Of a stretch of 64,000 nt of DNA, positions 50,119 to 62,150 are shown piece by piece. The notes beneath the pieces are model-generated. The model had not been told where the DNA came from. It did not search any database and saw nothing but the letters and a program-made list of their open reading frames with translations. Within the stretch, counting starts at the first letter, position 1. Every line of letters begins with the position of its first letter. The stretch is from Takakia lepidozioides (lineage: Eukaryota; Plantae; Bryophyta), in NCBI GenBank assembly GCA_030704615.1, contig CM060731.1:4526001-4590000 (forward strand). The letters run 5' to 3'. Made by a program: the position numbers and the translations under genes.

Positions 50119-51312
50119 TGACCAACCAAGATAGGAAGACGCTCCGCACACGTACCAGAAATAGTATCTGCAATATGCAATCCACAGTGTTGAGGTCATC
50201 TTCTCTTTCAGTAGTAGCAGCAGTGTCTATAGCGCCGCCCCAGCTAGTGGTATCACCCTCACCCCAAGTCCACCAGCATAAAGCCCCAGTGGTAGTGACG
50301 GACATCGGTTTGCCACAACACTAGTCAGAACGTGTTTGTCTTCCTCAACAATCATCCATCTCCGACCCTCTCCAACATGACCATTTGCTTGCGTCTGAAG
50401 ATCTAATCGAGGTGCATAGTCCCAAAACTGCCCTTCTTCCACTCCGCCTTTCTGGCTGCGCTTGGAGTCTCATAGAAGTCACCTCACCACTAGGCTCTCC
50501 ACCTCGCTCAAGACAACGGGTCCATGCTCACCCTCCTACTGTCCTTGGACCTTCCATTTTGTCGACTCCTCCAATTGCGCCATCCCCTCCTACGGCTCCA
50601 CCCCTTCCACAACCACCAGTTGTTTATACTACAGAACGTATTCCTTCCTCGGCTTGCGGTCACATTTTCGCCCGAATCAGAGGTTTGGCTCGCCATCAAC
50701 GCATTCGCACAACTTTTTGGCAAGCTAACCATGAAGGTTCCTCTGTGCCCACTCCCCTCAGTGTCTTGCAAGCCTCCCCTCCATCCACTGCATGGACATG
50801 GCTCTCCTCATTGGATGTACTTAGAGCTTTTCATTTGGGATTGCCATGTCCCCGCCTCTACACACGCATCCTGGTGGCCCTTTAATGTCAAGAGGTCCAA
50901 CATTGCTTTCACATGCTTTTAGACAAACTGGCCCGGAATCCTAGTGATATGTCGGCGTAGTATCTTCGTGTTTACCCAGTGGTGCTTGGTCCTGCTAGCA
51001 CGTGGTGGCAAAGTCGGTCATAGAGAGACTCGCACCCGGCTCCGACACTTTCTCGCGGGAGACTGGGAAGAATCTTCAAGAAGAGCATTATCTTCGACAA
51101 GCCTTGGCAGCACGTGCTCCTGTTGACACCTTCTCACAATCAGGCTCTTCTGCTCACAAACGGCTTTAGCATAGCCAATATTCTCGTGTAGCTTGCACTC
51201 TCACACCATTTGCTCCCGCCCCACCTTTTACGGAGACTGTTGTATTCGTTCTTCAGGCTCTCCATCCTGAGGCAGACAACATCCTTCCAGTTTTTGTCGA
51301 TGACTTCGAGCC
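50119..51312 (+). mobile_element. CRE-clade retrotransposon copy 2, 5' fragment (probably starts left of the Pack-CACTA, near 45100)
   Basis: ACGHIFARIRGLARHQR, QWCLVLLARGG, LRHFLAGDW, APPFTETVVFVLQALHP...FVDDFE, all colinear with copy 1. Confidence 0.8.
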
Positions 51313-54300
51313 CTATGATTCCCTGTGGATCAATAGCCACAAGAAACCTGCATGGGTAGATGGTCAACTGAAGGCAGCAGCTGCAGCGAGACAGTTGATA
51401 AAACCAAGCACCTGAACCGTGACCACAGCTTCTGGAAGCGGATCAAGAGAAGGAGTCCACAATGTCTCTTCTGGCACTTATGGGCATGTGAAGATGCTTT
51501 GTGAGGCAGGCAGACTGACAGAGGCTCTACAGACTTTAAACCAAGGAGGCATTTCAGCAGATTCAGATACGTATGTCTGTCTCTTGCATAAGTGCATCAA
51601 GGTGAAAGGCCTGGAAGCTGAAAAGCAGGTGCAAACTCACATTATCCAAAGTGGATTCACGCCAAATATTTTTCTCCTCAACACCCTTGTCAACATGTAT
51701 GTTAAGTGCGGGAGCATCATGGATGCTCACCAAGTGTTCAACAGAATGCCTCAATGATCTTTGATCACGTGGAATATAATGTTGGGAGGATTTACCAAGC
51801 ATGGGTGTGGTATGAATGCTTTGGAGACCTATGAGCAAATGATGGGGGAAGGGGTGAAGCCCGACCACATCACGTTTGTGTGCGTTTGCAGTGTGTGTGC
51901 AAGCCTGGCACCCCTGGAAAAGGGCAAAGAGGTGCATGGTGACATCGTCAGAGCTGGAATCGTATCAGATGTGATCCTGAACACTGCCCTGGTGGACATG
52001 TATGCCAAATGTGGGAGCATCGAGGATGCAAAGGGAGTATTCAACAATATGGCTGAACGAAATGTGGTGTCGTGGAGTGCGATGCTCGCAGTGAATGCAC
52101 AACAGGGGCGCGAGATGGAGGCTTTGGAGACGTATGAGCAAATGATGTGCGCAGGGGTGAAGCCCGACCACATCACGTTTGTGTGCACTCGCAATGCTTG
52201 TGCAAGCTTGGCAGCCCTGGAAAAGGGCAAAGAGGTGAATGGTGACATCATCAAAGCTGGAATTGTACCAAATGTCATTCTGAACACAGCCATGGCAGCT
52301 CTGGAAAAGGGCTTGCAAAGAGGTCCATGGCGACATCATCAGGGCTGGAATTGTACCAAATGTCATTTTGAACAATACCCTGGTGGACATGTATGCAAAA
52401 TGTGGGTGTAGGAGCAAACATGTATGTTAAGTGCAGGAGCATCATGCATGCATGCTCACGAAGTTTTCAACAGAATGTCTCAATGATCTTTGATCACGTG
52501 GAATATAATGTTGGCAGGATTTACCAAGCATGGGTGTGGTAGGAATGCTTTGGAGACCTATGAGCAAATGTTGCGCGAAGGGGTGAAGCCCAACCACATC
52601 ACGTTTGTTTGTGTTTGCAATGCGTGTGCAAGCTTGGGACCTTTGGAAAAGGGGAAAGAGGTCCATGGTGACATCATCAAAGCTGGAATTGTACCAGATG
52701 TCATTCTGAACACTACCCTGGTGGACATGTATGCAAAATGTGGGTGCATTAAGGATGCGAAGGGAGTTTTCAACACTATGGCTGAACGAGATGTGGTGTC
52801 ATGGAACGCGATGCTTGCAGGGTATGCAGAGCAGGGACATGGTATGGAGACCTATGATCAAATGATGGGGGAAGGGGGCACCTTCTTCAATAGCTCACAA
52901 CGGCTACAAGTGGGTAGATGGTCAACTGGAAACAGCAGCGGCAACAACACAATTCATAAAACAAGCCGCTGCTAATGAAGGTACATTCTTCAACATATTT
53001 CACCTTGTTTTCCCCTGCTATCAGAGTCGTCCCTAAATGTTAATGTTGAATGCAAGTTAGCTCGTTGGTGGATCTATGGTAGTTTTGGAGTGATTTTGAC
53101 ATTTACTGCCAATGTGGTCGACAGGAAAGTATCAATAAATAGATAATAGAGACTCGAGGAGAAGCTCTAGGATGAATACGTTCCCGACCTCAATCAATGG
53201 TGGAACAATTGAGGCAAAATGTGAATGCCTGTTGGAAGCAGACGCAAGTCAACATAGGAACTAGTGTGATAAGTAGGGTTGGGGTGTTTGCTCAAGCAAT
53301 TCTAGGTTGTCATTGTCAGCTGCTAATAGCAAGGCGAGGATGTATGCATGATTTGTGCAGGGGCATGGATAGCTGAAGGAGCAAGGATAGATGTGTGGGT
53401 CCAGATTCATCCAAGAGGGCCGGATTTCAAGCTCCATATTACCTATGATTCCCTGTGGAAGGATAGGTACAAGAAACCTGCATGGGTAGATGGTCAACTG
53501 GAAGCCGCAACAGCAGCGGCACAATTGATCAAATCAGGCACTGTTAATCAAGGCACCTTCTTCAACACATTTCCATCTTATCAAATCGGCCGTAAGTATT
53601 GCACTGTTTAACATGGTCCTTGATTCTAGTAGCACCAGAACAAACTAGTATTACAACAATTCAGCCCATGTGTGGGCTTGCTTATTTTTTGCTTACTGGA
53701 CCTTTTCAGGCATGAATTTTTGGACCTTGTGGCCTTTGAGGTGTCCATTGGGACATTGGTCTCATTTGGATTTTTGTAATATAATTTACACGGCGTGTAT
53801 TCCCCTGTACTTGTCTATTTTGAATGTCCTTGTGATTGCTAGTATGCAAGAGGGGTCCATTCTGTTTTTATATTAGAATTTCACCATGTAATGAAGAATT
53901 TAAATCATTTAATTTATTTTTATTTTGTATAATATTATTAAATTAAACAATAATACCATTTAAAATTTTCCAAGCTGCTATTCCCTGTTCTAAAAAATAA
54001 AATATAAATTTAAGAATTTAAAATTACAAATATAACTATTAAATTATATTCAAAGAACATTCTTGATGACACGTAGCATAAACCCTGCCATATATGCTAG
54101 TCATATATTATGTCTAAGTGTCACATGTCACATCTGAAGTGCAACAGGTGTCGTGACGTGTCGCTTGCGCAGTGGTGCACGTGTTCCTCTAAAGCTTTTC
54201 TATGTAGGCAACGCTCATCGGACAATGTAGTCATATAGTTAGTCGTATGTAAGTCACAGAGTTGTAACTACATCACTCTCTTATACATGACTCCAAGTGC

Positions 54301-54458
54301 CACGCACGCAGTCACGGCTATGACTTGCAAAATGCAGTCCTAAAGACTAGTCGCTATGACAGGGTTTTTTTCACTATAGAGTGATGTAGTCATGAACACA
54401 TATATGACTGAAAAAATAGTCATATGTGCAGTCATAAAAACGCTCATCTGTTCTAGTG
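51313..54458. mobile_element. Second Pack-CACTA copy, left end missing
   Basis: Right TIR GCTCATCTGTTCTAGTG ends at 54458. About 52660-54458 is a close copy of about 48250-50118, and about 51930-52400 matches about 45803-46270. Confidence 0.88.
51419..52880 (+). pseudogene. N-terminal half of a PLS-PPR gene inside Pack-CACTA copy 2
   Basis: VKMLCEAGRLTEAL..DSDTYVCLL..NTLVNMYVKCG then successive P/L/S motifs; TGA at an expected CGA (MPQ*S); frameshift near 52310. Confidence 0.9.
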
Positions 54459-54521
54459 GATGGATCCGAGGGAACTTTAGCTCGCCAACAAGCTATCCTT
54501 CACATCTCATTCGGAGGTGTA

Positions 54522-55168
54522 TGTCACGGACATAGCCCAAAGGAACTTACCAGGAGTAAATACCAGAAGTTATCAAGTTACCATGTTACCGGAAGTTACC
54601 ATGACTTATCGTGATTTACCATGATCTACCATGATTTACCATTAGTTACCAAGTTACCGAAAGTTTACCAAATTATCAAGAGTAACTTGGGAAACTGCTC
54701 AGGAAGCTTCCTTTTGAGGAAACTTCTCCATCAAGATACCTCATTTGTTTAAGGAAGCTTCTCCATCAAGAAACCTCTATAGGAGAAGCTTCTTAAGAAA
54801 CTTCTTAGTAGCCAATATATATAGGAGGCGAGACTGGACACTCTTCAGTCTCGTCAACACAAGTTCAAGCTACTCTTGTTCCCAGTCCCAGTACTCCAGT
54901 CTAACTTCCAGTACTCTAGTCCAGTTTCTAGTATCTGGTACCCCGGGCCAATTTCCAGCCAGGGATGCCTCGGCGTGAGCCTGGTCACGTGAGCACGTGA
55001 GCGCGTGAGCGCGACTGCGCTCACGCCACGTCACCTTGCGCAAATGCCACATCACGGGTCTCAGTCCACGTCATCACACGTGGAGGCCGAGTCACCACGC
55101 ACCCAGAAAGAAGTGGAGTGTATTCCCGCGGATTGGCACCCTTTACCGCGGAAACAAGCTGGACGACA
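54522..55168 (+). mobile_element. Probable LTR (3' LTR or solo LTR) of an LTR retrotransposon
   Basis: TGTC...GACA termini; U3-like short repeats (TTACCATG, AAGCTTCT); TATATATAG at about 54817; ACGT/G-box cluster at 54986-55082; weak purine tract upstream. No TSD and no partner LTR in the window. Confidence 0.5.
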
Positions 55169-55184
55169 TAATAAAAGGCATTGA

Positions 55185-55540
55185 ATAAATGATGGATGAA
55201 TGTACAGTTGGATGATAAACAGATGGATGAGTTTGAAAAATCTATGTAGATGGATGAATGACGGATGGATAAGAGTAAAATGGATGAATGTATAATGGAT
55301 GTTGAGCAATGACAAAAATTCATGACAGGAAGATGCATGACCAAATCTTTTGACGAATGCACAAAGTATATGAAATGAGTGTGGAAGGTTTGTGGGGTGG
55401 ATTAAAGAGTACAGAGGATGAATGTACAATGGATGTTGTACAAAGGAAGCTTTCATGAATGGAGCACGCATGAATACAGTGTAGATGAATGCACAATGGA
55501 TATGAGAAGAGTCAGGAAGGTTTGTGAGATGGATTCATAC
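55185..55540. repeat. Degenerate ATGGATGAATG tandem repeat
   Basis: More than 10 GGATGA(ATG) units. Confidence 0.8.
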
Positions 55541-55993
55541 ATATAGCAATTTAAACGAAAGTTGATTCTGTGATTATTATTTGTTCTAAAGGAACAACTA
55601 CGGTAGAGTAAGGGGATTCAACGTTTCCAGATAATATGAAAATGAATATTAAAAGAATACAGTTCAGTCTGACTCAGAGTCAGTACAATGTATCCCCTCT
55701 TCCTCTGCATCTAAGTCTAAGTATTTTAGAACACCGGATCCACGCTGGATACACCTACGGCTGGCCACTAAAAAGTCAGGGGATAGGGACTCGGACGCGT
55801 GAAGTGCCATTGCTTCGGCATAAACAGGGAGCAGAAAATTGGAAAGGGGGCTGTCGAAAACAGACTCGCCAGAAATGACTGTATCTCCTGAAGATCCACC
55901 GCTGGCTTTCCTGAAAGACAGCCTGAAAAAGTTATTACTGTAACTTTGATGTTATCGAGAAATTGAGTATGACTCCCAAAGAGGGTTTAGCAC

Positions 55994-58900
55994 TTACTCA
56001 CATGAAAAGTCGTTGTCGACCTGCTTATCTTCGGGATCGTCATCATTTCGAATATGAATCCGATCAGTCTGTGTGCCTGAAGTGGAGCCAGACAAAAGGG
56101 GGAGGAGCACTGTGTTGTAGAGGTCAGAATCACCCTCCATACCAAAAAGGCTTCTTCCGCCTGCCTTGCATGCGTGGTAAGTTGCTCCTGCACCAGACAG
56201 GAGAACATAAGCAGTTTGGAGGAGGGGATTTAAGCAGATGAAACTATTGAAAGGAAACCAATTCGGAAGGGAGAAAACGAACCTGTGGACACAGAAAGAT
56301 CGACCACCCGTGCAGAGCGGTGGCTGCATGACTCCAGCAGTATTTGCATGAATGCTGGTGACTTTTCCTTTGCACCTCTCCAGGGAGTGCCATCTGGTCT
56401 CTTCAGAGTCTGACTGGACTGCATGAAGTTGTACAAAATGTCATCGACATGGGGCTCATAGGGGGGGTTGACGAAACAACCCTGGTCAGAAATCTCAAAG
56501 CTGCGGATGGAGGATGGTGTCTTTGATGTGCGAATCCTCCGCAGGCAGATCGCCTCGAACATCCTCGTCTGCCAAAGATAGCAGGTTAGTGTGGTAAACA
56601 CAATCTAAAGTGGAAGTGTGTACATCGGCTATTCAGAACTCTGACACCAAAAAACCATGAATCGTTGATGATCGGTGTCGATCATAAAACATTCTACTAG
56701 AGTGGAGCTGCAGAGAAAATTGAAACTCATGATCAAAGCATAAGCAGAAGGCAGACGGCATACCAGCTGACCAGGGAAACCCCCTTTCACAAGGTAGAGG
56801 CTGTTCACACAATTCCATGTGCGCAAAACTTCAAACCCTGAAGACTTGAGGTATGATGCCAATGCCCGACGACTATCATTGTCACATGACTGAAAAAGCA
56901 GAAGTGTCCCTGCATCAGAGAGGAAATTGTTACAGAACCCGAATACCCAACTCCAGTAGTTGTCCTCGAATTTGTTCCACCCTGGCGTCTTGCCCTTTGG
57001 AAGAACTTCTGGCACAGCCTGGCCATCCGGGATGTCGAGAATGACAATGTCGGCCGCATAAGTTTTCTGCACACCGCACACGAAGGTGGGACCTGTGCTC
57101 ACCTGCAACAGACATGTTTTTTATAAGAACGATGGCAAGAATGTTTTCAAAGAACGAGACTGAAATACTGAAAACGAAACATTCAGAGAAAAAGGAAAGA
57201 AAGTGGAATTCTCACCAGATTGAGGAATGAGATTATATTGTCCCAGGTAGGGGATGGCACCCCAGTGTATCCTCTCTTTCGACTCTGCATCATCGAAAGC
57301 CAACCCTCATTAACAATTTTCATCTCTCCTGCTGAATCAGAACGGGAAGGGTGTGGCTTGGCATCGAACACGCACTGAAGAGTGCGGGTATATCTTCCAG
57401 CACTAAAGTCCTGCCCACTCTCCATCTCCTTTTCATTCTCCTTCCCCTTGTCCTTTTCCTTCTCTTTGGACTTGTCTTTGTCCTTTGGCTTTGCTGGTGA
57501 GATGGCTATGACATCAACAGCCTTGTCTTTTGGTTTGCGGCCCGCCTTCTTTCCCTTCTGCGGCGTTCCCTGAGCATCAGGCTCCTTGGCAGCCAAGGTT
57601 GCTATGTTTCGTTGATACTCCTCGTCAGTCAAAGGCGCCAGCATCTCAGCGTTATTGTTCAAGTATTTCATATGCTGTTCTTGAAAGGTCGTGTGCTCAG
57701 GTGGGCAGTCAAGGTACCACCCACAGTCTCTGAAGTGAGAAGGACTCCAGTCCTTCAATATCCCTGCAGTATACATGGTTGGATCGTTTGCAGGGTCCGA
57801 CCACATGTCAAGATAGTCGGGAATTCCGCTCAGGTGATTTCCTTCCATAAGCACATATTTCGTGTACCTGAAAAAAGGAGATGAATCCCAACCCACAAAA
57901 GCGCTCAGTGAGAAAGATGCAAGTAGAACAGAAAGAATAAAACATGGATACAAATGGCTCTGACAACTGCTCCAAGGACCTTTCAAAACCACACTACTGC
58001 TCCAGATATGAATGTCGTCAACGCCATTCAGAACATTCCATTCCATGACACTGTAAATACATCCTAATCCAGGTGAAAGCAAATATGCGATTAGAAATGA
58101 CACAGACATAGAAGTGAATGTCGTCAACGACATTCAAGAATGAAGCCAAATTATTACTGAAATGAAGCAAAATCACAGGATGGAAATAAAAAAATTGAGT
58201 AAGGAACCAACCAGGAAAACTCAATGCACATTCATAACGAACCTATCACTGAGGACCTCACAACATCACTGTATGTGAATGGCGTCAACGCCATTCACAA
58301 AAATACAAAAAAGAAACCAATTACTTAGCTCCCCAATCCATGAAAATTGAATTTGTCGTTTTTTAATAATACAGACACAGCTGTGAATGTCGTCAACGAC
58401 AGTCACTTTGGATTTCTTAAAACAGAGCTTATGAAGCCTCCATATTCATCGCAAGAGGAAAAAACAATGCAGAACAACTGAATGTCTGCATTGACATTCA
58501 GCAAAATGAAGTGATCAACCCTCATTGTATCCTCTATGGACATTACAAAAATTTAAATAACCTTGAGGACCACACAACAACTCCGTATGTGAATGTCGTC
58601 AACGCCATTCAAGGACATTATCAATTCTACTCAGGGACAATATAATTGCACCCTTAGATCCTAACCAGGTGAATTCATATACTCGCTTAAGAATGACTCA
58701 GACAAAGAAGTGAATGTCGTCAACGACATTCAATCTGGATCTAAGATTGCAATCCATATGAAGCCACATTTTTTCCCAAAAAAACAGTAGAGTTTCAAGT
58801 ATGACATTTCACCTGTACACAACTCGCATCATGGCCCACTCTCCTCCAACCTGACTGTCAAAGTCGTTGGACCGTAAAATGTTACCATCTTTGGAGAACT

Positions 58901-61299
58901 CCCGGAAAAAACAGTATCTCCACGTGAGACCTCTCCACTTCCTTATGTATGCCTCCAATGACATTTGGGGAGGGGAAACAATCGCAATGTTCAGGTCCTT
59001 CAAAGTCTGATCCAGCACAATGACGGCGCGCTTTTCCAGCTGCAAATAGAATATTTGTCAGAATTGCAAAAAAGAAACACATCACATACTTGAAGATAAG
59101 AAACAGCATGTTCGAATACACACCTGACTCCAAAATGTAGCCTTGTGGAGCCAGTTATCAAACACCAAATCACTGATTCCTTCCACCTTTGTGCCAGGCT
59201 GTATGGTGCTCTTTGGGAACTGATTCAAGTCCTTTACTGTTTGATCTGAGTTCCATATCTCCAGCCACCTTATTTTTGTTTGTGGGTCGACCATCGATAT
59301 GGCCAGCCGGTGCAATTTCTCCTGCTGCATCTCCGGATGCACATGCTTGTCATAGTGTGTTTTGATCTGCTGAAGGAACTCAGGACCAAGTCCAGGATCT
59401 ACTATTCTAAGCTGCTTTCCGAAGGCTGACATCAATTTGGTTCTTCGCATCTCAAACTCCTTCTTTATTGCAGCTTCCACACCCTTTGATGTCCTTAGTT
59501 CCTCTGGTGTAGTGCGGTAATATTCGGATTTTCCCTTCTCAGCTGCCTCTGCCAGTTCTTGCTGCATTCATTCAAGTAGTGATTAGCTCCGAAGGGACTC
59601 TAAACATGTATTCGAAAAGTAAACAGAGTACAGACTCGGGCTTACCGCATACATGTACTCCAGAAACGCCTCTCGTGTCAAAGAATACCAAGTGCCTGCA
59701 GCTCTTCCTGTTTCGCACTTCTTGATGATATTGGGTGGTAGTACTGTCCGAAAATCATCCAGCTTCATCAGACCAATCCTCTGAATTCGGAATAGTGTGT
59801 GAACCAAGCTTGTTGTCACATGCGATTTCTCTGTCGATCTGCAAAAACATTGAAAACATTGCATTCCTTACCACTGTTTTTTGAGGATCAACAAGACACT
59901 ACAGAGGGAATCAAATCTCCTGGATGACTTACTTGTTCACGTCGTGCATAGCTGTAAGAAGCCTAGCGATGTCGTTTCCTGGATCCAAAACCATTGCCTC
60001 CACAGCAACATGCTTGTCTTTGTCTTTCGAATGGTGTTTCTGAATGTATCCCATCCATGCAAGCAATCGGTGGTTGCCGTCCCAGACGTAGAACATGTGG
60101 TTGCAAAATTGCTGGGTGTTCTTTCCCATCATGAGGCCCAGCTCGAACTCCTCATTGGCATCTTTCCAGCACTCATCCCAGTTGTCACTGATCTCTGGAG
60201 AAACTAATGTGCTTTTCCCATTTATATCCGTCAGTGACACATAAAAAACTTGTGCACCAAGTCTATATCCATGCACAAAATCACTCTCCAATTTTGTTAT
60301 GTCGTGGGAAAGAGGTGGACGCACAACAGGCATTGATATCATCCGGCACAGAGGTATGTCCAGACGCCCTCCAGATACGAGCATGTCCCTTATAACCTCC
60401 TGAGAGTTTACCTTCTGGAATGACATTAGTTCTTTCACCTTGTCAAGGTAGTGCACTTCGGATTCATCTGCTTCATCTGTATTCTCTGAGCTTTTTGCGG
60501 ACTCGTCCCCATCTCCAGATCCTTTCCCCTCTGATCCTGTAGGCTTCGACCTCACAGTTTTCTGCACGATGCCATTCAGTTCTGAGTAAGTCATTTGCAA
60601 ATAGTGAATGGCGGTAACGACCATCACTCTGTATCAAGGAAACTCACCATGAATGGTGTGAAAGAATTCAGCACAATCTACACAAGAAAAGCCGAGACTG
60701 TCGTATTCAAAACAGAAGCGAGAGCAATAGCGAACGGCGTTAACGACAATCACAAAAGATAACGACCTGCCGGATCGGTGTTGTGTAATGACATACATGT
60801 GCAACTGATTGGCGGCAACGACATTCAGTGTAGTTTAGGGCGATAGTAAGTGCAGACTCTCTCTTCAAACACATATGTACATAAATGTCATAGCAGAATC
60901 GAATGGCGTTAACGACGCTCGCGATTCAGTAGTTCCTGCTAAAGAATGGAAGAGGAAGGACTCCTTGAAAGGCAATCACATAGACAATATGATAAAACTT
61001 ACTGGCACCTTCTTAGGTTTTGAACTTTGATCCCCTTCTGCAGCTTTCCTCTTCCCTCTCACATCTGCTGGAGTTTCTGTCTGCGCAAGGGTTTCTTGAC
61101 CTTCTTCAGGTTCGGCGTTCCGCGTGCTTCCACCTTCTTCAGTGTCCCTGCGATTCATCTCTGCCTCCACAGGCTGGCGCACTCTTATCGCCGGCTGTGT
61201 CGCAGCCGCTGCCTCAGTTTCCGTCTGCTCTTGTGAATCAGTCTCCGCGTTCACCTGCTGCCTTGGCCCTGTGTTCTCCAACAAACGACGCCTCGTCAT
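55994..61299 (-). CDS. ParB/Srx-like domain plus beta-class N6A/N4C DNA methyltransferase-fold fusion protein (about 1,094 aa, 10 predicted exons)
   Basis: Exons 61299-61003, 60677-60648 (least certain), 60561-59933, 59838-59646, 59561-59124, 59039-58813, 57867-57216, 57102-56764, 56568-56283 and 56187-55994: all GT-AG, phases consistent, no stops (3,285 nt). ParB-type FYVWDGNHRLLAW. MTase motif-IV-like ADIVILDIPDG, then FLSDAGTLLLF, then motif X/I/II-like EKSPAFMQILLESCSHRSARVVDLSVSTGATYHACKAGGRSLFGMEGD. Confidence 0.8.
58009..58732. repeat. Array of seven 22-bp palindromes in intron 6 of the ParB-MTase gene
   Basis: TGAATG(T/G)CGT-CA-ACG(A/C)CATTCA consensus at 58009, 58115, 58276, 58384, 58479 (variant centre), 58590 and 58711. 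Confidence 0.95.
60605..60921. repeat. Four degenerate copies of the same palindrome in introns 1-2 of the ParB-MTase gene
   Basis: 60605 TGAATGGCGGTAACGACCATCA; 60731 CGAACGGCGTTAACGACAATCA; 60806 TGATTGGCGGCAACGACATTCA; 60900 CGAATGGCGTTAACGACGCTCG. Confidence 0.8.
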
Positions 61300-62150
61300 T
61301 TTCTCTCTTGCTCTAAGTCTCTCTCTAAGGGAAGTAAAATAAAGAGACTTTCTTCTCTTTCGTATTCTAGAAGGAACCCTCTCCAGCTTGACTACCACTC
61401 TCCCTCTAAGCGCGAAAACTAGAAAAACGCAGTGACTCCCGATTTCTTGCGGGATTGCCTGTGTTCTTGCTTGTCTCTAGAAGCATCGGATTCCCTCCCG
61501 CGTGACCGTTACACATAGTCGTTTCGATATTAATGCACATGCCACAATTGGTGTACAGCTGTTCGTATTCAGTTATGGATGTCTGACGTGTGCCGCCCAA
61601 AACAAAACGGCGTGTTCTAAATTATAACTGGTTCAATATTTAAAAAGAACAGCGAATCCCAGAAATTGATGCGCATTCTTAAACAAATAAATATAAATGA
61701 ACGAGAGTTTGATGACAAATTTTGGAATATCATACAAGGTCATCCTTGTTATCCATCCACATTCGTTGCACATTTGGAACTTTCCAGGTGCGCATGATCA
61801 TTGGTAGTAGTATATAGATACATTTACTTAATCTGCAATCCCATTCTCGGATCCTGTGGCATGCTTCCAGGAAGTCGGCTTTGTTATTGGGTTTATTGAT
61901 GAGGTTCTGATTAACGGTTTAACAGTTTCCGACACTGCCCCTATGGATTCTCTGACCACTGGGCCCACAAGAAAAGTAATTAAAATGGACGGCTGCATAT
62001 CTGGAATGAATAACAGAATATGCACAGTCGTTATCTGAGCTTCCTCCGCCATATGCTCTGCTCATTCTTCAACTGTGTTCTGGAGACAGCAGTAAACCGA
62101 TTTACACTAGATCTGCGATAGCAAGGTACAAACATACTCGAGGAAGGAAG

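Noticed and set aside
6427-54461. One giant 48-kb CACTA (GAT before CACTA at 6430 and GAT after TAGTG at 54458)
   Set aside because: The two ends have different TIR and subterminal sequences, the interrupted CRE resumes at 13593, and a 3-bp match is easily chance.
58009-58732. CRISPR array (palindromic repeats with spacers)
   Set aside because: Spacers are 73-139 bp, unequal and partly homologous to each other; the array lies in a spliceosomal intron; no cas genes are present.
61828-62052. 74-aa ORF between the ParB-MTase gene and the transposase
   Set aside because: No recognisable domain or splice support; cannot be distinguished from a chance ORF.
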